A stretch of 64,000 bases of DNA from Spirochaetia bacterium (GCA_965226055.1 CBDDCA010000005.1:32001-96000); one strand, 5' to 3'; positions 29,304 through 39,905 are shown, counted from the stretch's first letter. The notes: generated by a model not told the origin, from the letters alone. Numbers and translations: made by a program.

Positions 29304-30146
29304 TTAACTTTTGTTATAATAAGCATCTATTTTAAGTAATTCCTCAAGAGGAATAGCAGATAAATCTGCTTCTAACTTAGAATTATTATCTTTGTTTTCT
29401 ATATACATTCTTTTTCGGATGGCTTCCATTCTATCCTGTATTATTTTTTGTTCTTCTAAGTTATTCTCTAGCATATAGAAATTGCTTAAGGTATACAGTA
29501 TATTTAGACCTCTAAAACACCAATATCGTTGCTCATGGTTTATAGCATATATTTTCAAGCATTCTTCAGTAGTCCATTGAAAAATAGCAATAAGTAAATG
29601 GTAATTTTTTTTAATTGTTCCTAATGATAGGTTATTTAGCTCATCGTTCTGTTGATACGCTTTTACATCCATAAACGATAGTGATACACGAGGAAATAAA
29701 TAGCATAAATCTCCCGTTACAATTAACCATCTCTTGTCCATAGCAAAATATGTCATAAGACATCGTAAGATAAAATATATTTTTGTGATAATACCGTGCA
29801 ACACTACTGGATCTGTCTGCCATATTTTAAAATTCTCTGCTATTTCTGATAAAGAAAGTATTTTTCCTTTATTTTTCTGTTTATCAAGTACAAATATAAA
29901 CAGAGTATGAAGACTATTTATAAGATTATCAATATATTTTAATGGAATATCTTCTTTATGAGAAAGATAATATAACGCTACTGCATTTGACACAGATGCT
30001 TCTTTCAAAAGCAGTTGAATATACCCAATAGCAACTGCTATATCAAAGCTATCTTTCATATTATTTTTTTCCATAAAAGATGCCACTTCTTCTTTTACAG
30101 AGTTTAATAATTTTTTTACATATATTTCTTTATCTTTTCTCATCAA
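29304..30146 (-). CDS. Hypothetical alpha-helical protein downstream of recN
   Basis: 280-aa ORF; no recognisable motif. Confidence 0.6.
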   Translation of the reverse strand: MMRKDKEIYVKKLLNSVKEEVASFMEKNNMKDSFDIAVAIGYIQLLLKEASVSNAVALYYLSHKEDIPLKYIDNLINSLHTLFIFVLDKQKNKGKILSLSEIAENFKIWQTDPVVLHGIITKIYFILRCLMTYFAMDKRWLIVTGDLCYLFPRVSLSFMDVKAYQQNDELNNLSLGTIKKNYHLLIAIFQWTTEECLKIYAINHEQRYWCFRGLNILYTLSNFYMLENNLEEQKIIQDRMEAIRKRMYIENKDNNSKLEADLSAIPLEELLKIDAYYNKS

Positions 30147-30232
30147 TAATGTATAAAATTAAGCATAATATGTAAGTATTGTACATACATGTATACTATA
30201 ATCAGTATAGTATATTAAAGAAAATACTATTA

Positions 30233-31999
30233 CTACTCCTTAAGAAGTAATTTTTCTGCTTGCTGTAAAGCAAGTTCATCATTATCATTTCCTACTAACA
30301 TTCTAGCTATTTCCCTTTTTCTTTGTACATTTTCTATGAGCTCTAAACGAACAATAGTAGTAGTATCACGTTCCATCTTTTGTACAAGAATATGATGCTG
30401 AGCACTAGCAGCTATAATAGGAAGATGAGTAACACAAATAATTTGATATTGTTGTGCTATATTTTTTAAGTACTGTGCAAGCGAGACTGCTGTTTTTCCT
30501 CCTAGTCCTGCATCAACTTCATCAAGAATAAGTGTCTTTTGAAATGTATCCTTTTCTGTATCTTCATTACCAGACAATACTACTCCTTGTTTGCCTACAA
30601 CAGTAATAGCAAACATAACTCGAGACAACTCACCACCTGAAGCAATTTTTGATAATGTATCGCTATTCATACCTTTATTAGTACGTATATAAAATTCAAT
30701 AGGTTCTATAAGAGATGGCTTATTATTCATAATAATATCAAAAAGTGCAGCATCATCAAGAGTATCTTTTTCTTTGCTATATGTTTCAAATAACGAAGAC
30801 TGTTTTGTACGAATTTCAAAATAAGCATGCGGCATAGCAAGAGAATGCAAAACATCATTTATTTTTTCTTGAAATTTTAGAATAGCAGAATCTCTTTTCT
30901 CACAAATAATAGAACTTATATTAAAAAGCTCTTTAAATAATGCAATTATTTGCTTAGGAAGTAATTCTTTATCTTGCTCCATTGTCTGAATTTCATGTAT
31001 ACGTGTCTGTGATGTTTCATAAAAATTTCGTATTGCTCCTATCGATGCACCATACTTCTTTTTTAAGCCTTCAATAAGAGAAAGTCGGGCTTCAATATCA
31101 AAAATATTACTTTGTTCACTATCATTTACTCTATCAAGCTGAAATTGTAAAGACGCGATAACATCCTTACTTTCAAAAAGTATTGATTCTAGCTGCTGTT
31201 GTTGTGGCTGTACATCCTTTTGATATGCACTAATAGTTTCTAGTACCATCTTTGATTTTTCTAATAAAGGAATAGCTCCTACTGTCTCTGCTTCCATATA
31301 CTGAAAAAATTCATTCCACAATGATTTCATTTCTTCAATATTTGAGAGAGCATAAATTTTTTGCATCAATTCTTCATCTTCATTCTCTAGTAATGCAGCA
31401 TCATCAATTTCTTTGGTAGCATATTGAAGATAGTCCAATTCCCTCGCAAGAGACTCTTTGTTAGTATTTTGCTTTAGATTTTTTCTTACTAATGAAGTAA
31501 GTTGTGTTAATAATACTCGATATTGTTCAAATAACTGTTCTATGGCAGCAAACTCATATATGATACCTGTTTGTTTTGCAACTTTAAAGAGCGATTGATG
31601 TTCATGTTGTGCATGTATCTCACAAATTAAGCTAAAAAACTGCGAAAGCTCTTGTAAAGATACTATAGTACCCTGAATAAAGCACTGTGTACGCCCTTTG
31701 CGTTTTACAATACGACGTACATTTACAGTATCATCTTCCAATGAAAAAGCATGATCTTCTAGCCATTTCTGTGCTTGTATATTTTTGCTTATGTTCCATT
31801 CTGTAACAATGAGTGTTGCGTCTGCTCCTTGTCGAACAATAGATTCATCGCCTTTTGATCCAGATAACAATAATAACGAAGAAAGAAGCATAGATTTTCC
31901 TGCTCCTGTTTCACCACTAAACACAGTGAACCCTCGTTCAAAATCAAGAGAAGCTTCTTCTACAAGTCCTAAATTTTTTATATGAAGATACTGTAACAT
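30233..31999 (-). CDS. recN: DNA repair protein RecN
   Basis: GETGAGKS, KIASGGELSR, LDEVDAG and CVTHLP motifs; coiled coil. Confidence 0.96.
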   Translation of the reverse strand: MLQYLHIKNLGLVEEASLDFERGFTVFSGETGAGKSMLLSSLLLLSGSKGDESIVRQGADATLIVTEWNISKNIQAQKWLEDHAFSLEDDTVNVRRIVKRKGRTQCFIQGTIVSLQELSQFFSLICEIHAQHEHQSLFKVAKQTGIIYEFAAIEQLFEQYRVLLTQLTSLVRKNLKQNTNKESLARELDYLQYATKEIDDAALLENEDEELMQKIYALSNIEEMKSLWNEFFQYMEAETVGAIPLLEKSKMVLETISAYQKDVQPQQQQLESILFESKDVIASLQFQLDRVNDSEQSNIFDIEARLSLIEGLKKKYGASIGAIRNFYETSQTRIHEIQTMEQDKELLPKQIIALFKELFNISSIICEKRDSAILKFQEKINDVLHSLAMPHAYFEIRTKQSSLFETYSKEKDTLDDAALFDIIMNNKPSLIEPIEFYIRTNKGMNSDTLSKIASGGELSRVMFAITVVGKQGVVLSGNEDTEKDTFQKTLILDEVDAGLGGKTAVSLAQYLKNIAQQYQIICVTHLPIIAASAQHHILVQKMERDTTTIVRLELIENVQRKREIARMLVGNDNDELALQQAEKLLLKE

Positions 32000-32832
32000 T
32001 ATGCTCTAAACTCGCCTGACCATCCTAATTTTTTTCTTAATACCTCAAAATACGAGCGTTTACTTGATTGTATAATGCTTGCAACATACTCTGAGTTTGT
32101 AATAGTAATATTACAATTGGGCAATACACTTAATACTACTTTACCATCTACAACCAATAAAGAATGAGTACGTTGCACTTGATCAAGTTTGATTCGTATT
32201 GTTTCACTAGAAGATAACACTAAAGGTCTATTTGATAAAGTAAAAGGAGCTATAGGAATAAATATCATAGCCTGCAGTCCCGGAACAAGAATAGGTCCCC
32301 CAATCGATAAAGAATGCGCAGTAGATCCTATCGGGGTAGATATAAGCAATCCATCTGATCGATATTGTGAGAGAAACTCATCGTTGATATATACCGAAGA
32401 TCGTATAGTACCATACCCTGCAGTACACACGGAAATATCATTTGTAGCATATAGCGTATTATCTGCAACACACACTTTAAGTAAATGCAGCTTTGATATT
32501 GTAGATGCATTCTCTAAATATATACGTAATTCATTTTTCCATTCATTTGCTTGAACATCATTGATGAATCCAAAATTTCCTACTTTTACTGGAAGTATCG
32601 GTATATTGCGTTGTGCACAAATACGTGCTGCTTTTAGTACTGTGCCATCTCCTCCAATGGCAAATGCTATATCAATATCTTTATCAGGAAGAGGGGTATC
32701 AAAAGGATAATCATAAGAACCAAAATAGTCTATGACTGTATATCGACATTGAATAAGAGTATTTTCTATTTCTTTTGCTACTTCTACCACTTTTGGCTGA
32801 GTACTTGCTCTAATAAGAACAACAGTTTTCAT
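31999..32832 (-). CDS. nadK: NAD kinase
   Basis: GGDGT, GNFGF, ND and DGLLISTPIGSTAHSLSIGGP motifs. Confidence 0.95.
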   Translation of the reverse strand: MKTVVLIRASTQPKVVEVAKEIENTLIQCRYTVIDYFGSYDYPFDTPLPDKDIDIAFAIGGDGTVLKAARICAQRNIPILPVKVGNFGFINDVQANEWKNELRIYLENASTISKLHLLKVCVADNTLYATNDISVCTAGYGTIRSSVYINDEFLSQYRSDGLLISTPIGSTAHSLSIGGPILVPGLQAMIFIPIAPFTLSNRPLVLSSSETIRIKLDQVQRTHSLLVVDGKVVLSVLPNCNITITNSEYVASIIQSSKRSYFEVLRKKLGWSGEFRA

Positions 32833-32953
32833 TCTACTACCCTATTAAAATCAATATATATTATCCCTACTACTATACCTCTACTACTATTATACGAAAT
32901 ATAATTGAAAATAGTATATAACTATGAAAATAATAGCACACTATTCTATGTAT

Positions 32954-34153
32954 CTACAATACTGAGGCAATAGCCTTAGAGATATGCCCTACCTCATCAT
33001 TGGTAAGCGAAGCATATAAAGGCACATGTATCATATGATGTAATAACTCAATAGCGTTTGGATAGCGAGTGATATATGCTTCTTTTAGATGTGCCAATTT
33101 TGTTATACCATAATGTAAATAGGAATTTTCAAAAAACAATGCACATTCTATACCTTGTTTTCGAAAAAACTGTATGCTATTTTTAGTTCCTCCTTTAAGA
33201 ATAATAGGAAACGAGGACATAATGACATCTGTATCCACTACTATTTCTGGCAAAGAAAGAGCATTTTTATATGCTGATGCTTTATAATGATCTTTTATGG
33301 CAATACATTTTTGATTAAATCTTTCTAATTGTTTTAATTGAGAGTGAGCAAGAGCAGCATTAAAATCTGAAAGTAAATAATAGGAATCCTCTAGCTCTTT
33401 CAATGCTCCCTTATATTTTTTATGGTGTATGCTTACTACTGCCCCAGTAGCACTTGTAATGACATTATTCTGTTCCATGATAAGTACTGAAAAATCACTA
33501 TTTGACGTATAAAAATTCATAGGGTTTGTAGCTACTTCATCTGTCTTAGGGAGTACAGGAGAAGGTTCTTTTGTTGAAGTATCCGAATCGGTGCTTGCTT
33601 CTTTCTTAGCAGAAGGAATAGTATAGCTTAGTACTATTTTTGACATAGTATTGCATATAGGTGGCAATACTAAAGGAAAATGATTGCTAACACCAAAAGG
33701 ATAAAATAGTACAAGGCATTGAGGTAAATCTTTATATTGCTCTAAAAGAGTATTGACTACCTCTTCCTCAATGTTTGGAGTTATAGCATCTTCTGCAATA
33801 TCATAGAAGAACAAAGCAAAATTCATTCTTTGTAAAGATGCTGCTAGCACATGTGGTATAGTGACTGGCAATAGAAATAAAGCTCTGGGAGACATAGCTG
33901 TATGTTCTACCGTATTACTTTTAGCATGTATGTTCTTGTTTGAAGTGTCATTCTTATCAAGAAGATCTACTATACAAGAAAAAGAGTCAGGAATATTACC
34001 TACACTTATTCCTGAGATACCTCCCAGCATTATCGCAAGCTTAGTGGCAAAGTCTTGACCTAACTGTTTTCCACTAATGTTGTTTTCCACCATATTTTCC
34101 AATACGGTACTGAGATCAATGCGTGAAAGAGAGTTTTTACTTAACGGAATCAT
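32954..34153 (-). CDS. DegT/DnrJ/EryC1/StrS aminotransferase-like protein (degenerate)
   Basis: ITSATGAVV, LSDFNAALAHSQL and YPNA...VPLYASLTNDEV match the family; the PLP lysine appears to be absent. Confidence 0.7.
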   Translation of the reverse strand: MIPLSKNSLSRIDLSTVLENMVENNISGKQLGQDFATKLAIMLGGISGISVGNIPDSFSCIVDLLDKNDTSNKNIHAKSNTVEHTAMSPRALFLLPVTIPHVLAASLQRMNFALFFYDIAEDAITPNIEEEVVNTLLEQYKDLPQCLVLFYPFGVSNHFPLVLPPICNTMSKIVLSYTIPSAKKEASTDSDTSTKEPSPVLPKTDEVATNPMNFYTSNSDFSVLIMEQNNVITSATGAVVSIHHKKYKGALKELEDSYYLLSDFNAALAHSQLKQLERFNQKCIAIKDHYKASAYKNALSLPEIVVDTDVIMSSFPIILKGGTKNSIQFFRKQGIECALFFENSYLHYGITKLAHLKEAYITRYPNAIELLHHMIHVPLYASLTNDEVGHISKAIASVL

Positions 34154-34203
34154 ATACTTATATACAATATTGTAGCATCAAATGAAACAATAGAACATGA
34201 GTA

Positions 34204-34277
34204 TGGGCCAAACTAGACTTGAACTAGTGACCCCTTCCTTATCAGAGAAGTGCTCTAACCAACTGAGCTACTGGCCC
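34204..34277 (-). tRNA. tRNA-Ile(GAT)
   Basis: GGGCCAGTAGCTCAGTTGGTTAGAGCACTTCT-CTGATAA-GGAAGGGGTCACTAGTTCAAGTCTAGTTTGGCCCA folds into a cloverleaf. Confidence 0.96.
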
Positions 34278-34289
34278 CATAATATGTAT

Positions 34290-34319
34290 ATTGTAATAAC
34301 TACTAGGCATATATGTCAA
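34290..34319 (-). promoter_or_regulatory. Sigma70-type promoter of tRNA-Ile
   Basis: TTGACA-18 nt-TACAAT, 12 nt upstream of the tRNA. Confidence 0.65.
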
Positions 34320-34371
34320 GTCTTTTATGAGAGAAATTGGAAATTACTGGTATAAACAAGTGTTCTTACGT

Positions 34372-34395
34372 AAAAGGCAAAAAAATGCCTTTTTT
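34372..34395 (-). terminator. Terminator of the tro operon (possibly bidirectional)
   Basis: AAAAGGCA-AAAAAA-TGCCTTTT. Confidence 0.55.
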
Positions 34396-34429
34396 AAACT
34401 TTTTTTGTATTGTTTATAGTACAGTTTTC

Positions 34430-35731
34430 TTAATGATTGTGTCCTGGAATATGTATACGATGTTTTGATTTTTGAATTTTTTGAGCAACATTTACCTCAT
34501 TACTGTGTTCTAGCTGTTCAGCAGAAAGATGTATTTCTTCAGGAGACATTCCTTCTAAATAGAGGTATGTTTCCCATGCTCTATGTTGTTCAATAATTTC
34601 TTGTGCTTTTCTATCACCTTCTTCACTTGTTATAAAACCATCCTGAGTACTGTATACTATGTATTTTTTATACCGCAACACGCGTATTGCAAGTATAATA
34701 CTCATTATCCCTAGTTTCCCTGCGACAAAAGATTGATTATGTATCCTCTTAAAATCTTTGATACGCCTATACATAGTATTCTTATTTATATACAATGTCT
34801 TTAATATATCATAAGATGCTACTATAACAGCATTTTTAATCTTATTGATACTAATAATAACAAACCCCATACGTGGAGAAAATAACGCTGCTATGAGAAG
34901 AAATACTCCTAGTATAGTCACTATAGAGCCTGTACTGCTTATATCATCAATGCCAAAAAATGGTGGAATATAAATAGCAATAACATGCCCTAAATAAGAC
35001 GAGAGTATTGCAGTAATAAGTGATATAAAAAACATACGTTTAATTGTTATTGAAAAGAGCCATCCCACTATTGGTGGAATAATCAAAAAAGCTATAATTA
35101 AAATACTGCCTACACTTTCAAATGCAGCAACACTTGTAACAGTAATTAAAAGAATTTGTATCATACGAACAAAACGGACAGGCATGCCTATAGAAGTTGC
35201 AAAATAAGAATCAAACGTAACAGTTGTTATTATACGAAATAGCAGCAGTAAAAATACTATATTAAATATCATAACTGATGCATTTGTAATAAATGCGTGA
35301 GGAATATCAAGTGATGCTATTTGTACTGTTTCCAATGGAGTAAGTTCAAGCGATCCAAACAGTACACAGGAAGGATCTAAATCTACTGTACTGGCAACAT
35401 TAGATATGAGCAGTAATCCTACTGCAAAAAAACCAGAAAACACTACTCCCATTGAAGTTGAGGGATCAATACGACTTTGCTTGATAATAAAATTGATAAG
35501 CATAGTAGCAAATAACCCTGCTATAATTGCACCAATAAACATAGGTAAAGGCAAGCGAAGACCTGTTATAATATACGCAATTGCAATGCCAGGAAGTACT
35601 GAATGACTTATGGCATCTGATATGAGACTTTCTCTATTAAGTACAAAATGCATTCCTATACAAGTTGATGACACCGCTATGCACAGTGCAATAAGCACCA
35701 TCCAAGTATCTATACTATTCCAAATTACCAT
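34430..35731 (-). CDS. troD: Mn/Zn/Fe ABC permease with a C-terminal DtxR-like domain
   Basis: DAISHSVLPG, DLDPSCVLFG and AFESVGSIL; C-terminal HRAWETYL...IHLSAEQLEH. Confidence 0.88.
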   Translation of the reverse strand: MVIWNSIDTWMVLIALCIAVSSTCIGMHFVLNRESLISDAISHSVLPGIAIAYIITGLRLPLPMFIGAIIAGLFATMLINFIIKQSRIDPSTSMGVVFSGFFAVGLLLISNVASTVDLDPSCVLFGSLELTPLETVQIASLDIPHAFITNASVMIFNIVFLLLLFRIITTVTFDSYFATSIGMPVRFVRMIQILLITVTSVAAFESVGSILIIAFLIIPPIVGWLFSITIKRMFFISLITAILSSYLGHVIAIYIPPFFGIDDISSTGSIVTILGVFLLIAALFSPRMGFVIISINKIKNAVIVASYDILKTLYINKNTMYRRIKDFKRIHNQSFVAGKLGIMSIILAIRVLRYKKYIVYSTQDGFITSEEGDRKAQEIIEQHRAWETYLYLEGMSPEEIHLSAEQLEHSNEVNVAQKIQKSKHRIHIPGHNH

Positions 35732-35757
35732 AGTGTTCTCCTATATGTTTTGTAATC

Positions 35758-37128
35758 TTAATTATCAATTTTATGGGGCGTATACATATATGCATGCTGG
35801 TACTTATGAGTTTTCATCAGAGCTTGCTCTAACTCTTGTACTGTTTCTTCTCCTAATACATGCTCTACAGCATCAGCCGAAAAATCAATATCTTCAATAC
35901 TGGCCTGTGTATTCTTTAGTAAATACATTTCCCATAAACGATGATTACGCACAAACTTTGTAGCCTGTAAAAATCCTTTTTTTGTAAAAAGAATATCATC
36001 GTATACTTGTGTTACCAGTTTATATTTTTTTAATAAAAATATCACAGTAGTAAACGAAAAAGCACTAAGTGCTAACATATGCTTTAGTTCTTGTACTTTC
36101 ATTTTTCCATGTTGAATAACAGTTTCGTATACATTATGAATATCATTATTTTTACTACTTTGTATGTATTTTTCTTCAAAAAATTCATACATTTGTCTTA
36201 ATATATGCTGTGATATTATCTTTATTCTAAATAAAAGCGTATCTATAGCTTTACGAATTATTCCTTTATTACTCCCAAAAAGAACACTTATAATAAAAAA
36301 TACTTCTGCTACTAAAATAATAGTTGCTCCAGCAGGAAGAAATGTATATGTTGCACTTGCAATTCCTCCAATGACAACACTGCTTGTACAAAAAAATATT
36401 GAAATAATCATTATTTTACGAAGAGAGTAAGACCAAAAATGAGCACTCACAGGAGGAATAATTAAAATAGCACTCGCAAGGATTATTCCCATAGCTTGTA
36501 TTCCTACTATTGTCTGTACTAAAGTAATAGCTAACAAAAAAAAGTCCACATGTCTTGTGTTAATACCGATTGCCTGACCATACCGTGGATCAAAACAGCT
36601 TATAAGTAGCTTCCTACGATACACCATAACAAATACAATAATTATAATAGAACATATGAGAAAAAATATTGTGTCAATTTTCTGTAACGAAGTAGGGTTT
36701 CCATAAATATAAGACAGTAAGCCACTGGCACTTCCTGCGTTAATTTTACTTGCAATACTCATAAATACAATGCCTACTCCAAAAAAAACACTAATAATAA
36801 TACCAAAAATAGCATCATTTTTTAAGAATGTAAATTTATGAAAAAATTGAATAAGCAATAAAGCAGCAAATGTACTGAGCAAAGCACCAAACAACAATAA
36901 CCATATATTTTTATACTGATTGTTTCCTAATAAACTTGATATAAGAAAGGCTACTACAATACCAGGAAGGGTCGCGTGGCTAAACGCATCTGCAATCATA
37001 GAACGTTTGCTTAGCATCATATATACTCCTACCATACCGCTCCCAAGACCATAAATAAGCAAGGATACAATAACAATACGAGAATTATACTGTTGTAGCA
37101 ATAATATATTAGCAAAAAAATCTATCAT
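35758..37128 (-). CDS. troC: Mn/Zn/Fe ABC permease with a C-terminal DtxR-like domain
   Basis: DAFSHATLPG and FDPRYG; C-terminal FTKKG...VRNHRLWEMYL...ADAVEHVL. Confidence 0.88.
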   Translation of the reverse strand: MIDFFANILLLQQYNSRIVIVSLLIYGLGSGMVGVYMMLSKRSMIADAFSHATLPGIVVAFLISSLLGNNQYKNIWLLLFGALLSTFAALLLIQFFHKFTFLKNDAIFGIIISVFFGVGIVFMSIASKINAGSASGLLSYIYGNPTSLQKIDTIFFLICSIIIIVFVMVYRRKLLISCFDPRYGQAIGINTRHVDFFLLAITLVQTIVGIQAMGIILASAILIIPPVSAHFWSYSLRKIMIISIFFCTSSVVIGGIASATYTFLPAGATIILVAEVFFIISVLFGSNKGIIRKAIDTLLFRIKIISQHILRQMYEFFEEKYIQSSKNNDIHNVYETVIQHGKMKVQELKHMLALSAFSFTTVIFLLKKYKLVTQVYDDILFTKKGFLQATKFVRNHRLWEMYLLKNTQASIEDIDFSADAVEHVLGEETVQELEQALMKTHKYQHAYMYTPHKIDN

Positions 37129-37970
37129 CTTTTTCGTATTACCTCACGTGCTGCAGTATCAAGAAGCGTAAGCCTTCCTCGATATGTTTTGATAAGATTT
37201 TTTTCAGTAAACACTTCTTTGACTTTTCCTGCAGCAACTAAATTAAGATTAAGCAAAATAGCATAATCAAAGTATTCACTCACTGTATTGAGATTATGAT
37301 GTACTACTATGATTGTCTTTTTTTGTTTTCGCAACTCTTTTAGAATAGTAAATATAGCTTTTTCAGTAGTTGCATCTACTCCAGCAAATGGTTCATCCAT
37401 ACAGTATACATCAGAGTCTTCTACAAGTGCACGTGCCATAAATACACGTTGCTGCTGTCCTCCTGATAACTGAGAAATTTGACGTTCAGCATACGCTACC
37501 ATTCCTACTTTTTCTAACGCTTGATAAATTTTATCTTTGTACGCTTTTGGTATTGAAGAAAACCATCCGACTTTTTTATATACTCCCATAGTCACTAACT
37601 CTATGACATTTATAGGAAAATCCCAATCTATATATTTTCTTTGTGGAATGTAGCTAATATTTTTTCTGTATTGCTTCAAAGTTGTCCCAAAAAAAGATAC
37701 ATTGCCTGAAATGCTTGGTACAATGTTAAGAATTGCCTGAAGAAAAGTGCTTTTCCCTGCACCATTAGGTCCTACAATAGCCACTAAATTCCCTCTGGGT
37801 ATTGTAACATCTATATCCCATAGCACTGGCCGTTTATTGTACGCTACAGTAAGATGCTGTACTATAATGTTTGCTTCGGGTTGTATTTTTGTATCAGTTC
37901 CTTTAGAAGAAACATCAGTATTTTGTGTAGTATCTTTTGGTGTTTTGTGAGTAATATTTTTTTTCTGCAT
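37125..37970 (-). CDS. troB: Metal ABC transporter ATP-binding protein
   Basis: GPNGAGKS, DWDFP, LSGGQQQR and DEPFAGVD motifs. Confidence 0.93.
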   Translation of the reverse strand: MQKKNITHKTPKDTTQNTDVSSKGTDTKIQPEANIIVQHLTVAYNKRPVLWDIDVTIPRGNLVAIVGPNGAGKSTFLQAILNIVPSISGNVSFFGTTLKQYRKNISYIPQRKYIDWDFPINVIELVTMGVYKKVGWFSSIPKAYKDKIYQALEKVGMVAYAERQISQLSGGQQQRVFMARALVEDSDVYCMDEPFAGVDATTEKAIFTILKELRKQKKTIIVVHHNLNTVSEYFDYAILLNLNLVAAGKVKEVFTEKNLIKTYRGRLTLLDTAAREVIRKR

Positions 37971-37972
37971 AG

Positions 37973-39037
37973 TTAATTTTGCTCCATATACTCTAAAAAA
38001 GTAGTGTATAAAACAGTACCTCCTAAAGCTGCTGTTATTGTTCTTGCATTAGAATCCATCATTCCTATGTATGTTCCTTCATATGTATTTATGTTGCCCA
38101 TAGCATCTGCATACAATGAACCGCCATTCTTGACATTCTTTCCATTTGATTCAACTCCTTCAATAAGTACTTGAATATACTTAGAGGAAATACTTGTTTC
38201 TACAAACACTGCAGATACTTCCTTTTCTATGATAAGTGACACAAGAAAATTGATATAAAGCAAACTTGCTTCAGAAGTAGTGCTTATGCCTTGTATACCA
38301 TATACAGTAAACTGATACCCTTCGGAAAAATACTGAAAAGCATCATGAGAAGTAATAAGAATACGCGATTTTTCTGGAATAGTTTGTAACATATTGTAGA
38401 TATATGTATGCAATCGTGTGAGTTTGTACGAATACTCTCTTTGATTGCGTACATAAAAATCTTTATTCTTAGGATCAATAGTAGCAAAGATATCACCTAA
38501 ATGTTCTACTGCTTGATTCCAAATAAATACATTCATCCATATATGAGGATCGGTTTTCTTTTGTTTATCAACAAAAAAATCTACTCTCTCCAATAGTTCT
38601 GCCATTGAAATAATATTTTTTTTACCAGATAGGCGAGCAAGGGCATTATTAAGACTTCCTTCTAAATAAAGTCCGTTATACACTATGATATCAGCTTGAG
38701 ATATACGCACTATATCTGTTCTGCTTGGTATATAGGTATGAGGATCTAGCCCATTTGGAATAATTTGTGTTACTTCTGCTTTATCGCCTACGATATTTTT
38801 TACTACATCAGCTATCATGGCAGTGGTAGCTACAACTGAAAAAGGATACGAGAGAGATAATTGCGATAACTCTGTACTATGGACATCAGCCTTCTGTTTA
38901 TACTGTGGAATACAAGAGATCAATGATATGTATCCTATACAAAGTACTCCTACATATAAGAATACACGAAAAGAGACAGAGAAAATACTCTTATAGTATG
39001 TGTGCAAAGAAAACAAGCGGCCTATATATTTTAACAT
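37973..39037 (-). CDS. troA: Metal ABC transporter substrate-binding lipoprotein
   Basis: DPHTY, DPHIW, TSHDAFQY and GSLYAD motifs; lipobox LISC. Confidence 0.93.
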   Translation of the reverse strand: MLKYIGRLFSLHTYYKSIFSVSFRVFLYVGVLCIGYISLISCIPQYKQKADVHSTELSQLSLSYPFSVVATTAMIADVVKNIVGDKAEVTQIIPNGLDPHTYIPSRTDIVRISQADIIVYNGLYLEGSLNNALARLSGKKNIISMAELLERVDFFVDKQKKTDPHIWMNVFIWNQAVEHLGDIFATIDPKNKDFYVRNQREYSYKLTRLHTYIYNMLQTIPEKSRILITSHDAFQYFSEGYQFTVYGIQGISTTSEASLLYINFLVSLIIEKEVSAVFVETSISSKYIQVLIEGVESNGKNVKNGGSLYADAMGNINTYEGTYIGMMDSNARTITAALGGTVLYTTFLEYMEQN

Positions 39038-39124
39038 TTCTAATCAAGTTTATTATATCAATTTAAGACTATTTGTGTATGAGTATTTTTAAAATGAAAG
39101 TATCTATTGATTATGAGAGCGATT

Positions 39125-39541
39125 TTATTCTGCTATATCACTTAACTTTCTTAAGATATTAATGATGTCTCTTTTATGCTTTTCTATATCTTTTTTATTA
39201 TCTCTTTTTACTTTTTTTGTTATAAGATATTCTTCAAATGATGGAGTTTGTAAACGATCATTTATTTGTTCAGGTATATCTCTGTATTCTTTTTCTTTCT
39301 TTTTGGTAACAATATCAATATTTTTCTTCAATGAATCTATTTTCATTGCTAAAAAGTACCCTTCAACTAATTCATTGCTCCTGATATACTCAATAATCGT
39401 ATCTGTAAGATCAACTATTCGTTTCTTAGTTCTATCTTTTTTATCTTTTTTTGCCTGAATAGAGAGATATATAATAAATATACAAGTTGGAATAATTGAT
39501 GTTAGAATTGGATATATATAACCCAAAAATACTATAATCAC
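39125..39541 (-). CDS. Hypothetical membrane-anchored protein
   Basis: 138-aa Lys/Ile-rich ORF with an N-terminal TM segment, directly after the DUF4325 gene. Confidence 0.55.
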   Translation of the reverse strand: MIIVFLGYIYPILTSIIPTCIFIIYLSIQAKKDKKDRTKKRIVDLTDTIIEYIRSNELVEGYFLAMKIDSLKKNIDIVTKKKEKEYRDIPEQINDRLQTPSFEEYLITKKVKRDNKKDIEKHKRDIINILRKLSDIAE

Positions 39542-39560
39542 TACTATTCCCTATCTAGTA

Positions 39561-39905
39561 CTATTCTAACTTATCAGACCTAAGAGCTCTTTCTGCCCTT
39601 TCAATATATGATTGTATTTCTTCCTTTTTGTACTCTATGCTATACACAATTTCTATATTCTTCACTTGATCTAGGTATCCTTTCCGTATGGCTCCTCCAA
39701 AGGTTTCTTCTAAGAATGAAGGAGGATAACCTACAGCCCCATTCAAATCGGCTATGAGCTTTGTATCAGTATCATTTTTATGCTCCTTTAACCAAGGAAT
39801 AAAATGTTCTTCTCGAAATTCTTCTCCTGAAAAATCTCCCCATTTCCTATATCGTGGGCCTGGAGTAGTAGTAAAATCAGCAATTTTTAATACAGAATCT
39901 TTCAT
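39561..39905 (-). CDS. STAS-like DUF4325 domain protein
   Basis: DFTTTPGPRY...FSGEEFRE...DLNGAVGYPPSFLEETFGG; likely start MKDSV at 39905. Confidence 0.8.
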   Translation of the reverse strand: MKDSVLKIADFTTTPGPRYRKWGDFSGEEFREEHFIPWLKEHKNDTDTKLIADLNGAVGYPPSFLEETFGGAIRKGYLDQVKNIEIVYSIEYKKEEIQSYIERAERALRSDKLE

